Part shown: piece after piece, positions 40,001-53,100 of the stretch
Position numbering within the stretch: position 1 is the stretch's first letter
Layout of the letters: each line of letters begins with the position of its first letter
Assembly: GCF_026571515.1 (NCBI RefSeq)
Contig: NW_026857880.1
Location: 496,001 to 560,000 of the forward strand
DNA: 64,000 nucleotides
Direction of reading: 5' to 3'
Source of the DNA: Ruditapes philippinarum
Taxonomy: Eukaryota
Position numbers and translations under genes: made by a program
The notes under the pieces: generated by a model
What the model was told of the DNA's origin: nothing
The model's input: only the letters and a program-made list of their open reading frames with translations
The model's database searches: none

Positions 40001-43000
40001 CTAATGATAAACTGCCTAAAGGTATCATTGAAGTATACTCAGCCACATACATCTACATACCGCAATGTATGGAATATCAAATTCCGAATGCTTAAACATG
40101 TTAAAGAAATTGAAGGTGTCATCTTATACAATGTAGAGCATCTTGATTATCATTAGCATGTTCTCCTATTTGACCAATACTTTATGTTTAAGAGAATGAA
40201 AAACTCAAGTGATAATAAATAGGCATGACATCCAGGGACATGTTGTAAAACATTAACAATAAGCACACACCTTAGCATACATAATACCAAATTTACAGAG
40301 TAACATCAATAAAGAATATCTTGTGTAGCATTAAGAATTGAAGTTGGAATAAAACTTTAAAGATGCTATCTTTGACTCAATTCATGAGCCATTGCCCAAA
40401 TCTACAACAAGGATTCTGGTGAAAACATGCACTTGGCTACCTTCATTCATCCTTTTACAGCCAGGTGTAAACATAATAAAATTCAAAATGCCTAGTGATC
40501 AATGTCCAAACCACAGTTGTATTGAGCAATCAATTAAGGTACATTTGTAGTTAGTATGAATAACTATGAATCATTGTGAAAAATCAGCATATTATGCCTT
40601 CTTCTGGATTTAACAAAGTTTAAAATCTTAAAGGAATTAAAAGATCACACTCCTTTAGAGTTTCAAAGTTTTATAAAGGATATAAATGATCACACGGAAC
40701 AGGGAATACTTTATCACATACGTATACATGTTTTAAGTATTAGATTAAATAATCTGTTTATCACAAATAACTGAACAGGTTCAATGTGAAGGTTATAATG
40801 GACTTACCTGCCATTCTTGTGCAGCAGGATCATATCTATGTAAGGTATATGTTTGTGAGATCATATCTTACCTGCCATTCTTGTGCAGCAGGATCATATC
40901 TATGTAAGGTATATGTTTGTGAGATCATATCTTACCTGCCATTCTTGTGCAGCAGGATCATATCTATGTAAGGTATATGTTTGTGAGATCATATCTTACC
41001 TGCCATTCTTGTGCAGCAGGATCATATCTATGTAAGGTATATGTTTGTGAGATCATATCTTACCTGCCACTCTTGTGCAGCAGGATCATATCTATGTAAG
41101 GTATATGTTTGTGAGATCATATCTTACCTGCCATTCTTGTGCAGCGGGATCATATCTATGTAAGGTATATGTTTGTGAGATCATATCTTACCTGCCACTC
41201 TTGTGCAGCAGGATCATATCTATGTAAGGTATATGTTTGTGAGATCATATCTTACCTGCCACTCTTGTGCAGCAGGATCATATCTATGTAAGGTATATGT
41301 TTGTGAGATCATATCTTACCTGCCATTCTTGTGCAGCGGGATCATATCTATGTAAGGTATATGTTTGTGAGATCATATCTTACCTGCCATTCTTGTGCAG
41401 CGGGATCGTATCTATGTAAGGTATATGTTTGTGAGATCATATCTTACCTGCCATTCTTGTGCAGCGGGATCATATCTATGTAAGGTATATGTTTGTGAGA
41501 TCATATCTTACCTGCCATTCTTGTGCAGCAGGATCATATCTATGTAAGGTATATGTTTGTGAGATCATATCTTACCTGCCATTCTTGTGCAGCAGGATCA
41601 TATCTATGTAAGGTATATGTTTGTGAGATCATATCTTACCTGCCATTCTTGTGCAGCGGGATCATATCTATGTAAGGTATATGTTTGTGAGATCATATCT
41701 TACCTGCCATTCTTGTGCAGCAGGATCATATCTATGTAAGGTATATGTTTGTGAGATCATATCTTACCTGCCATTCTTGTGCAGCAGGATCGTATCTATG
41801 TAAGGTATATGTTTGTGAGATCATATCTTACCTGCCATTCTTGTGCAGCGGGATCATATCTATGTAAGGTATATGTTTGTGAGATCATATCTTACCTGCC
41901 ATTCTTGTGCAGCAGGATCATATCTATGTAAGGTATATGTTTGTGAGATCATATCTTACCTGCCATTCTTGTGCAGCGGGATCATATCTATGTAAGGTTT
42001 ATGTTTGTGAGATCAATATCTTTCCTGCCATTCTTGTGCAGCGGGATCATATCTATGTAAGGTATATGTTTGTGAGATCATATCTTACCTGCCATTCTTG
42101 TGCAGCGGGATCGTATCTATGTAAGGTATATGTTTGTGAGATCATATCTTACCTGCCATTCTTGTGCAGCGGGATCGTATCTATGTAAGGTATATGTTTG
42201 TGAGATCATATCTTACCTGCCATTCTTGTGCAGCGGGATCATATCTATGTAAGGTATATGTTTGTGAGATCATATCCGGTCTCTCCTCCAGTGTCGAGGT
42301 TGGTGCCCACTGCTTTGGAGGTAACATTGTATCCCATGGCACTTCTTCAAAAGCTCTAATAGATAAAAAATTATATTTTTTTCGATATATTATAACTATC
42401 AATTCAGATTATATGTAGTTATGTCATAAGAATTGCCAGTCATGTGGTTTGAAAGTCCAGTTAGGGCAAGCCAATTTTTAAAGTTCTAATTATAGATAAA
42501 AGGTTATATTTTTTTCTAAAATTTATAACTTTAAAATTCAGACTAGTAATCTCAAGAATTGCTAGCAGCATGGGTTTAAATTCAGTCAGGGGCAAGCCAT
42601 TGTTTCCTTGAGCAAGACACTTTACACTAATTGCTGAGTAATTACTGGGTCCTGAGGAACCAATTTGAGTGTTTCTGTACAAATGTATTTCCAAAGCAAA
42701 CAAGCTAAAATAAATAATGTTTAAGAACTATTTAAAATATAATATGTCACACTTAAATTATGGTCATGATTAAATCAATCTTGATTAACTAGCCTGCACA
42801 GTTAAATATGCATGTATGAAGTCTATGTTTAATGAAGGTCAAAAGTGGCGACAATTTAACTTCATGCAATTTATAAGCAAAAGATATGAATTTTGAGCCA
42901 AATATAGGTAATTGTGCATGAGAAACTTAATGTACAGGACAAACCAGAACAATATGAGAAAAGGACATAGCCCTGAAAAGAGCTTTTCCGGGTGCCAAGC

Positions 43001-46000
43001 AAAGGTAACGACAGTTAACTTACTTTTGAGTTGAAGTACTATATTGGTATTTCATTGCAAGATGATCACGGCCCTCTTTGCTCTGTTCTGATGGAGGCTT
43101 TTCTACAAACATTGACTGAAATAAAAGGGAGATTAAAAAGTTGATTATGGAAAATCTTTCACAATCATTGTAATATATGATCCAATATAAGATAAAATAA
43201 TATCAGATTCTGAAGAAAGATCCTGGATTTAATAATAGCAAATAAATAATAACATGACATATCATATGCTTTCAAAATTAAATTTTAATCTTTAATTGAT
43301 TCAATGTCTCCTTCTTTGACATTGTAACATACATATAACAAAATAGAAAGAAAACTTATTTTGTTTAATAGTAAAAGAATTTCATTTTAAAAAGTGCTCA
43401 AGACATTCACATAGATATTGAATGTGCCAAGCATCATCTTATACAACTAAACAAAATCATTTCATTTTTTATAAATAACTAATTACATATTTCATAGTTT
43501 TACATTTTATTAGCATCTTGAAATATTTGCTTTAAAAACTGATGACTGAAAATAAATGGATTTTATCTTTCTGACCAAAAGCAGTGAATTAAGTTTAACT
43601 TGGCTATAAACGGTTACATGTATCAGTAGATCAGGCCTGCTACATGTACATCATGTATATGTATGTGACTGTGTTAACAGTTCACCAAGTATTTCAATTT
43701 AGTATTTTGATATTGATAATTATCTCTTATTCTCACAAAAAGAGAGTGGACAATTTCAAACCAGGAAAATTGTGAATACAGTGATCGGTTTGATAATGAT
43801 AGTAAATATGTTGTTTATTTTACAAAGTTGATAAAGAAAAACAGTGTAAACCTTTGCTCTTCTCATATCCAAAGCTTCTTTGGGAGGGTGTCTTGGGTCA
43901 TGAGCACTTGTCCATCCTTTGTAAAGAAAAAAGAATATACTGATTAGCAAATGATTATAATAATATTATCACTGATTATTTTTACCAATATTAACCCTTA
44001 ATGTTTCAATTTGATACTTATATCTTATTTCTAATCTAATTTTCACAATAATTCTAACAAGAGCTGTCGGTAGGACAGCAACGCTCGACTATTCTTAGTG
44101 CTTGATAGTAAAAAAAAAATGCTTGATAGAGTTACCTCCTCCTATTTACAGGTTGGGGTCATGATGGTGAACAAGTGTGTTAAGTTTCAAAGCCATATGT
44201 CAATGGACTTTGAAAATATTTGAACTATTACAAAAACTTTAACGTAAATTCTAAGTCGAACAAGAGCTGTCGGTAGGACAACAACGCTCGACTATTCTTA
44301 GTGCTTGATAGTAAAACAAAATGCTTGATAGTGTTACCTCCTCCTGTTTACAGGTTGGGGTCATGATGGTGAACAAGTGTGCAAAGTTTCAAAGCCATAT
44401 GTCAATGGACTTTGAAAATATTTGAACTATTACAAAAACTTTAACGTAAATTCTAAGTCGAACAAGAGCTGTCGGTAGGACAGCAACGCTCGACTATTCT
44501 TAGTGCTTGATAGTAAAACAAAATGCTTGATAGAGTTACCTCCTCCTGTTTACAGGTTGGGGTCATGATGGTGAACAAGTGTGCAAAGTTTCAAAGCCAT
44601 ATGTCAATGGACTTTGAAAATATTTGAACTATTACAAAAACTTTAACGTAAATTCTAAGTCGAAAAAGGGGCATAATTCTGTCAAAATGCTTGATAGAGT
44701 TACCTCCTCCTGTTTACAGGTTGGGGTCATGATGGTGAACAAGTGTGCAAAGTTTCAAAGCTATATGTCAATGGACTTTGAAAATATTTGAACTTTTACA
44801 AAAACTTTAACGTAAATTCTAAGTCAAAAAAGGGGCATAATTCTGTCAAAATGCTTGATAGAGTTACCTCCTCCTGTTTCCAGGTTGGGGTCATGATGGT
44901 GAACAAGTGTGCAAAGTTTCAAAGCCATATGTCAATGGACTTTGAAAATATTTGAACTATTACAAAAACTTTAACGTAAATTCTAAGTCGAAAAAGGAGC
45001 ATAATTCTGTCAAAATGCTTGATACAGTTACCTCCTCCTGTTTACAGGTTGGGGTCATGATGGTGAACAAGTGTGCAAAGTTTCAAAGCCATATGTCAAT
45101 GGACTTTGAAAATATTTGAACTATTACAAAAACTTTAACGTAAATTCTAAGTCAAAAAAGGGGCATAATTCTGTCAAAATGCTTGATAGAGTTACCTCCT
45201 CCTATCTACAGGTTTGGGTCATGATAGTGAACAAGTGTACAAAATTTTAAAGCTATATGTCAATGGACTTTGAACATATTGAAACTATTACAAAAACTTT
45301 AACGTAAATTTTAAGTCAAAAAAGGGGCATAATTCTGTCAAAGTGATTGAAACAGTTACCTCCTCCTGTCTACAGGTTGGGGTCATGATTGTGAACAAGT
45401 GTGTAAAGTTTCAAAGCCATATGTCAATGGACTTTGAAAATATTTGAACTATTACAAAAACTTTAACATAAGTGGTTAAGCCGACGCCGACGCTCGGGTG
45501 ACTGCAATAGCTCTACTTATTCTTATCGAATAGTCGAGCTAAAAAGGGGCATAATTCTGTCAAAATGCTTGATACAGTTACCTCCTCCTGTCTACAGGTT
45601 GGGGTCATGATGGTGAACAAGTGTGCAAAGTTTCAAAGCCATATGTCAATGGACTTTGAAAATATTTGAACTATTACAAAAACTTTAACGTAAATTCTAA
45701 GTCGAAAAAGGGGCATAATTCTGTCAAAATGCTTGATACAGTTACCTCCTCCTGTCTACAGGTTGGGGTCATGATGGTGAACAAGTGTGCAAAGTTTCAA
45801 AGCCATATGTCAATGGACTTTGAAAATATTTGAACTATTACAAAAACTTTAACGTAAATTCAAAGTCGAAAAAGGGGCATAATTCTGTCAAAATGCTTGA
45901 TACAGTTACCTCCTCCTGTCTACAGGTTGGGGTCATGATGGTGAACAAGTGTGCAAAGTTTCAAAGCCATATGTCAATGGACTTTGAAAATATTTGAACT

Positions 46001-49000
46001 ATTACAAAAACTTTAACATAAATTCTAAGTCAAACAAGAGCTGTCGGTAGGACAGCAACGCTCGACTATTCTTAGTGCTTGATAGTAAAAAAAATGCTTG
46101 ATAGAGTTACCTCCTCCTGTTTACAGGTTGGGGTCATGATGGTGAACAAGTGTGCAAAGTTTCAAAGCCATATTGTCAATGAACTTTGAAAATATTTGAA
46201 CTATTACAAAAACTTTAACGTAAATTCTAAGTCGAAAAAGGGGCATAATTCTGTCAAAATGCTTGATAGAGTTACCTCCTCCTGTTTACAGGTTGGGGTC
46301 ATGATGGTGAACAAGTGTGCAAAGTTTCAAAGCCATATGTCAATGGACTTTGAAAATATTTGAACTATTACAAAAACTTTAACATAAATTATAAGTCGAA
46401 AAAGGGGCATAATTCTGTCAAAATGCTTGATAGAGTTACCTCCTCCTGTTTCCAGGTTGGGGTCATGATGGTGAACAAGTGTGTAAAGTTTCAAAGCCAT
46501 ATGTCAATGGACTTTGAAAATATTTGAACTATTACAAAAACTTTAACGTAAATTCTAAGTCGAAAAAGGGGCATAATTCTGTCAAAATGCTTGATAGAGT
46601 TACCTCCTCCTGTTTACAGGTTGGGGTCATGATGGTGAACAAGTGTGCAAAGTTTCAAAGCCATATGTCAATGGACTTTGAAAATATTTGAACTATTACA
46701 AAAACTTTAACGTAAATTCTAAGTCGAAAAAGGGGCATAATTCTGTCAAAATGCTTGATAGAGTTACCTCCTCCTGTCTACAGGTTGGGGTCATGATGGT
46801 GAACAAGTGTGCAAAGTTTCAAAGCCATATGTCTATGGACTTTGAAAATATTTGAACTATTACAAAAACTTTAACATAAGTGGTTACGCCGACGCCGACG
46901 CTCGGGTGACTGCAATAGCTCTACTTATTCTTATCGAATAGTCGAGCTAAAAAGGGGCATAATTCTGTCAAAATGCTTGATACAGTTACATTCTCCTGTC
47001 TACAGGTCGGGGTCATGATGGTGAACAAGTGTGCAAAGTTTCAAAGCCATATGTCAATGGACTTTGAAAATATTTGAACTATTACAAAAACTTTAACATA
47101 AGTGGTTACGCCGACGCCGACGCTCGGGTGACTACAATAGCTCTACTTATCCTTATTGAATAGTCGAGCTAAAAACTGGAAACAAAGTGATTATACCCTC
47201 GGAAGCATTAATCATTGTGATCCCTTGGAAGCATTAATCACAACAAAATTATTTGAAAATTGCAGACTCGGTTTGATTGAGTCTGTACATGAGGGATAAT
47301 GAATAAGTGCAACATCCCTCACGCCCCCAAGTATATTCATGATATTGAAGCACTGATAAATGCTATAAAATTTAAAACTTTAAGATTAATCTGAAATATA
47401 TTCAATTTGCTTTGAGTGTGAGTTAAAAAATAGCTTCTCACACCCTTCTAATATTATATATTTAATAAGATGGATTGAATCTTTGATTTAAAAACATGAT
47501 TATAAAACAAGATGAATGAATATTTGTTATCTTCCACAGACATCATAAATCTTAAATTGGAGATCATTATCTAACTATGAATTCAAATATTATTTATCTA
47601 AACTTATTGCAATTATACATACGGTAAATTGATATTACCAGTAAATCATTATCTTAAATTTACAACAGATACTGCATGTCCTACTTAAGATATAAGATCA
47701 CAATAAATACCAAAACAAAACACTTTACTTTGTATATTTCTATCTGTAAATTAAAGATGGTTCAATAATTGATTTGAATATATTAGACTGCTATTGTGAA
47801 TTCTTAAAATGTCAATAGACCATTGCTACATCAGATTATACCATGTATTGATTGTGTGCAACTGTGAAATATTTGATACATCTGATATTTATCATTTAAG
47901 GTATGAGCCACCTAATGCATTACCTCCACTTTGAAGAGTACTCAAATAGGCTAGAACTACTGTCAACTGCATTGAAACTGAGGGGTGCTGGTTCAAGCCC
48001 CAGAAGAGGCAACTTTTTTTTTCTTTTTTTTTTTTTTCTTTGATCATTTTTTGTGTCTCTCAGATCACTCTTGATAAGAAAAAAGTGTTTCATTTAAATT
48101 ATAAGATTATTATTGGTATTTTTTTTTCTAAATTGTGCAAAATTTATTATAAAATATGGTACCTGATATTTTCAAAGTCTAATAAAATAAAAACAAGACG
48201 GTAAAAGTATTTTATATTTGACAAGTGCATCCAATATACTTTTAAGAAAATTTATCCAAACTTTGAAAACAGCCCCTGATTTGAGTAAATTTTAGGGATA
48301 TTTTGAATAAGGCCCTCCAAGTAGACAAATGATCAAACAACTACTTAAAATGGGTGGGGTAGGATAACATTTATATACATATTTCAAACATTTTGAGTAG
48401 AAACAATAATTTTGATGGGTCATTTGTTAGCTGAATGCTATTATTTGTTTCTAAAATATTTTCTATAGGAAAACATTATTTCATAATGATTATATAATAG
48501 AATAATTAGAGTTTCTAATTTCTAAAAAAGAGCCCTTCTAATAGCCAAGTTTTACTTTAGAAAAATCTCCCTAACTTGCAAACCATACGGTAAACTTTGT
48601 TTAAATTTTGCATTCTTGTGTCTTTTAAGGTATATAACTGACCTATGTTGTCAATTTTATAGTTCCTTATAGTGCCCATTAGGAGGCTCATACCTTAAAT
48701 TTTATATCATTAAAAACATTTGTTGCCATAGTTATTTATGAGGTGTTTTTTCTTTAAAATAATTTCAGATTCGCCAAGGTGATACATATTTACTTACACG
48801 CACAATTGAAGTAAAAGAGCAAATAAAAATTTCAGCTTCAAATGTAATTGCAAAATCATACACATAATAAATAATTTGTAAGTTCCCTGAGGACTGTGTT
48901 GATTTTTTGTCTATGCTGATGTTACCCAATATTTAATTTTATTAGAGCTACATGTATCTTGTGGCACCTTGTCTGCTTATATCAGTATCAAAAACAGACA

Positions 49001-49829
49001 ATATAATCTAAATTTTAGCATTAATTGTCTACTTGGTGAAACTCGTGATTTGTATTAATTAGTAATCAAAACAGCCAATATTATATATAAATCAACATTG
49101 CAGCATAGACAGTGTTACTACATGTATGTTATGTGTCAGCCCAAATCTGTCACTTTAAATTATGATGTAAATCAGTCTTAACAAATGAATAGAATTCTTA
49201 AAAATTGCTTAAAATTATTAAAACTGGGATCAATTCTATAAAGATGTGCAAATGTGCATACTAAATACAACAGTATATCTAATATATTAATACCCACCAC
49301 CTAGCTGTGATCTTATCCATATGTCAGATGTTTTTCTGCTATTCCATGCAGAGGGTGCACCTGGCTCATAGGTATTGGATCGACGCAGCTCAGGGGGCGC
49401 AGCCCTCTCATTCTTCCTATCCGAGTCTTTTGCTACGGGCGGTGCAGATTGAGGAGTATCACTTAATTGAACTAAAGATTTAATTTTCTGGTGACCCGTG
49501 TTGCGATCAACATCCCCACCAGCACTGACAAAACCTGATACAGGGTCAACAATGTTATCGTAACTACGGTATGGTGCTTCAGCCCTATGATCCCCATTAT
49601 CATTCCATTTTTTAAATGATATGTTTTTCAAATCTTCCTGAAAAGAGTCTACATCCTGGCGACCAGTTAATGAGGGAAATTTCATGTGCCGTATGCGCCT
49701 CTTTTCCTCAATCTGATGCACAGCATGACCACCTGCATTTGCATCAGTGTAAAGATAGGTTTTAAAATGTGGTCTACTTCTAAAAGTAGAATCTGCTAAG
49801 ACAGGGCCTGAAGAAATTACTTCTGTCAT
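37012..49829 (-). CDS. SPATA48: SPATA48 / SPMIP7 (C7orf72)-like sperm/ciliary microtubule inner protein, 433 aa, 8 exons
   Basis: Exons 49829-49298, 43916-43852, 43115-43024, 42355-42217, 39860-39793, 39158-39009, 38315-38202, 37153-37012, phases consistent (1302 nt). Motifs recalled from the vertebrate protein: [48 protein letters not shown] twice, [11 protein letters not shown]. Confidence 0.88.
38489..38727. mobile_element. Palindromic MITE (same family as 23100-23305)
   Basis: Same termini and internal palindrome. Confidence 0.85.
40803..42275 (-). repeat. 64-bp tandem array (23 copies) built from the SPATA48 exon-4 3' end plus splice donor
   Basis: Unit on the minus strand: ATATGATCTCACAAACATATACCTTACATAGATATGATCC(T/C)GCTGCACAAGAATGGCAG|GTAAG; copies nearly identical. 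Confidence 0.97.
44056..47175 (+). mobile_element. Helentron-associated (HINE-like) element concatemer carrying a 164-bp satellite
   Basis: Head AACAAGAGCTGTC..GACAGC..GCTCGACTATTC; tail (ACGCCG)n...GAATAGTCGAGCTAAAAA (subterminal inverted repeat); 164-bp tandem units in between. Confidence 0.85.
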
Positions 49830-50169
49830 GATTAAGATTAAAAAGTATAATTTTCTAGCATATACAAGTTTATCTAATGGAAATCTAAAACTGTCACTTA
49901 AGTTTAGCCATTAAATCTCCAATGCAATTTTATACATTATTCCCTGTACACCATTACTTTTCCGAACAGGTGTAAACTTCCTTGTTACCCTGAGACACGA
50001 CGGAAACTTCCATATAAGGTATTTTCCGTAAGCAGGTGCGTGTTGAAACGAGCGGAAATGGTTAATTGAATTTTAGACGGGTTTGCAGTTTTACAATTAC
50101 TATGTCGCAGACAAGCCTTGTATATTGCGATCGGAGAACCAGTCATCTGTCAATTACACGACATCAACA
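49830..50169. promoter_or_regulatory. Bidirectional promoter between SPATA48 and DPY19L
   Basis: Divergent ATGs 340 bp apart. X-box-like GTTACCCTGAGAC at 49984-49996; ETS-like CGGAA at ~50001 and ~50053. Confidence 0.65.
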
Positions 50170-53100
50170 ATGGCTGCAAAGAAACGAAATGCCCAAAGTA
50201 CCGATGCTTCAAATGGAAAATCTAGTTCTAGTAAAGCAACTAATAGACCAAAATTAAGCGGGAAAGCAAAGTCAAAAGATGATGAACATTCTAAGAGGAA
50301 TGCCAACTCAGTACTGTACAAGATTTGCTTGTTTGCATTGGGTAGGCATCATTTTCTTCTACTCGACTTATTTGTTCTTCTGTCTATCATAATTATAATA
50401 GCTTGTCGTGAATTAAAAAATAAAAACTTTATTTAACTTTCCCTTGTACTTATTGGAAGAATTTTGACAACTTGTTTTTATTTCAATAAATAATATAATT
50501 GCAAGTATTTCCTGAAGTTCAAATTTATTTTTCTTCCTGAATAAGAATTATAATGGTTCTTTACACTTGAGACAATAAGCACCACTGAAAGATCCGGTTG
50601 TCTCCATAATGAAGAGCTATCATAAATTAAGTTATTGGAAGTAGCCAAAAGTTCTAGCCGTATGTGAGTCATGTACAGCTAGCCTGGACACACTGTATAC
50701 TTTCTAGCCGTACGGCACTTTTTAAAATTATATGAAAGTCGAAAATGCATATGTTCTTTTGCGTCTTGAAACAAGGATTTTAACCAAGGACCTGCGTTTG
50801 TCCCTAAACTTTATCAATAAAAGTGTCAATTATAGTGACATAACGCACTATACAAAGTACATTGTATATGCGTATGCAAAGTAACTATGATTAAATAATA
50901 AATAGTTTAAGTTATAATGTTTTTGTTTTTTATGATTATATAAGATTTGTTGTTGTTTTTTTTGTAATAAAGATGAATTATTAAATCAATTTTTGTTGAT
51001 AAATTTAAGCACATGGAATGAATAATCATAACGGCCAAAGAAGCTTGTTTCATAACGGCATGAACAGAATGGAATGAATAAATAAATAGGACATCATACA
51101 TGTGAAATCTCCCACTTTTAGCGGGAGACTACCACTTTCTGCAGCCATATTTTCAAAGAATTTTCTTAAAAGAAGGGGTATTTTTACAAATTCAAGAAAT
51201 CTACCCATTTTTGATTTCAGAACTTCCTTCTTTGGTTATTGCAAATTCTAAAATCTCCCTCTTTTTGAAGAAAAATCTCCCACTTGATCATTGAAAAAAG
51301 TTCACATGTTTGGGACATTGAAAAAAATATGAGCAACTTATAGCAATTGCTATAATTGTATTTTTAAATAGATAAATTTTGAACATAAAATCAAAATCAA
51401 TTAGCCTAAATTAAAGCCTATAGTACAGAGACTTATTAGGACTTTTAGAATGCATTTCACATACGGAAAATGCAAACTTTCCTTACTGTATAATGATGGA
51501 CAAACTTCTACTGTCAGTAATTGACGCAATTATCAGAACACAACAACAATTATTTTCAGTGCTTTTTCATTATTAAAGGTGTTGAAAATTAAACTTATTG
51601 AACCAAAAAAGGACCTTTATAATAATTATATATTACAATGTTATTTAACTGCACCTAAACACGCCATCTGGAGATGACAACGATCAATATGATTCTGTAT
51701 TTAGCCAACATCTCTAAAAAAGTAAAAATACGAAGACAATTGCTGTTTCCTGGTTAAAATCCTCGTTCAAACCATAAAAAACATATGCATTTTCGACTTT
51801 CATATAATTTTGAAAAGTGCCGTACGACTAGACAATGCAGTGTGTCCAGACTAGCAGTACGTGACTCATGTATGGCTAGAACTTTTGGCTAGCCGTACTG
51901 GCCGGTACGGCTAGCCACTTCCTAATGAGCCAACTTCCTAGTGAGCCAATAATATGAATTTGTTCAAATTAATAATTTTTTTTTTAAATGATATCATTTT
52001 TACGATGACAGCTGTACCTCAGTCAAAGAAAAGATTTGCTAATTTTATTTCTCCAACATGTGAATATTAATACCAGCAGGTTACAAATGACTGTGATAAA
52101 AAACATTTGTTATTGAATTATGGCTAATTAACTCTGTAACTCACTTTTTTTCTGTTATGAATTGAAACTGTGATGTCAGATTGTATATATATTTAAGTTA
52201 AATTTAATCTGTACTGAGTAGCTATTCTTTATCTTGCAGCTTTGGTGATTGGATTTTGTCACAGGTAAATAATTTATTATTATCAAAAATTATTAAACAT
52301 ATTTATATTTGAACTTGAATACTTGGATTTGGCTTATATTTATAAGTATTTATAACTTGCTGTAATACTGTGGAATTTCCTGTCAAAGTCAGTTAATTTT
52401 GCTCTGACAATAGAAGTTGCATATATTGTGCTGATGTACTATAATTAAGTATATCTTTCAATCACACTGAAAATATTTTGTTATCTAATATCAGTTATAA
52501 ATGACAGGTATGAGTAAAGAATCAAGAATTTGTTTCGCAATGATTTATGGAGCTTAAATGAATATGTTTAAGCTCGATTGTGAACACTAAATATTTTTTT
52601 TTGATATTATTAATATGTAAATGTTTTTTACATTTTGTTTTCAGAAATCACATAGCTAATATGTTTGAAAGAGATAGACATTTTTCCCATCTGTCAACAC
52701 TAGAGAGAGAGCTCGCCTTTAGAACAGAAATGGTATGCTTACAGATTTTCATCAATTTCAGTAGATATTTTTGAATTACAGTTGGACCATGCATAGATTA
52801 GTGCTGAATATGTTTTAAACACAATGCCCACACTGCTGTTGGCTTAAACACTGCCAGGGACTTTGGATCTTATGATGCTAGAAAGCCGTCTAGCTAGCTT
52901 GCTAGAGGTCAGTGGTTCTTCTTTGGTATCAATCTTGCCTGAAATAATGCAATGAGGGGCTTCTATGGTCTTCCTTCTCCAGAAAAACTGACTTATATTT
53001 CCCAAACAAAAACTTTGCTTTTAAGTGATTAAGTTTTAGCATAGATAACTTGATTTATGGAGCATAGATAACTTGATTTATGGAGCATAGATAACTTGAT

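Noticed and set aside
40803-42275. CRISPR-like appearance, and Cys-rich ORFs on the plus strand
   Set aside because: No unique spacers and no cas genes in a eukaryotic context; the ORFs are antisense translations of the repeat.
50083-50436. 117-aa single-exon ORF
   Set aside because: Non-ATG start; it is DPY19L exon 1 (ATG 50170, donor 50342) plus intron read-through.
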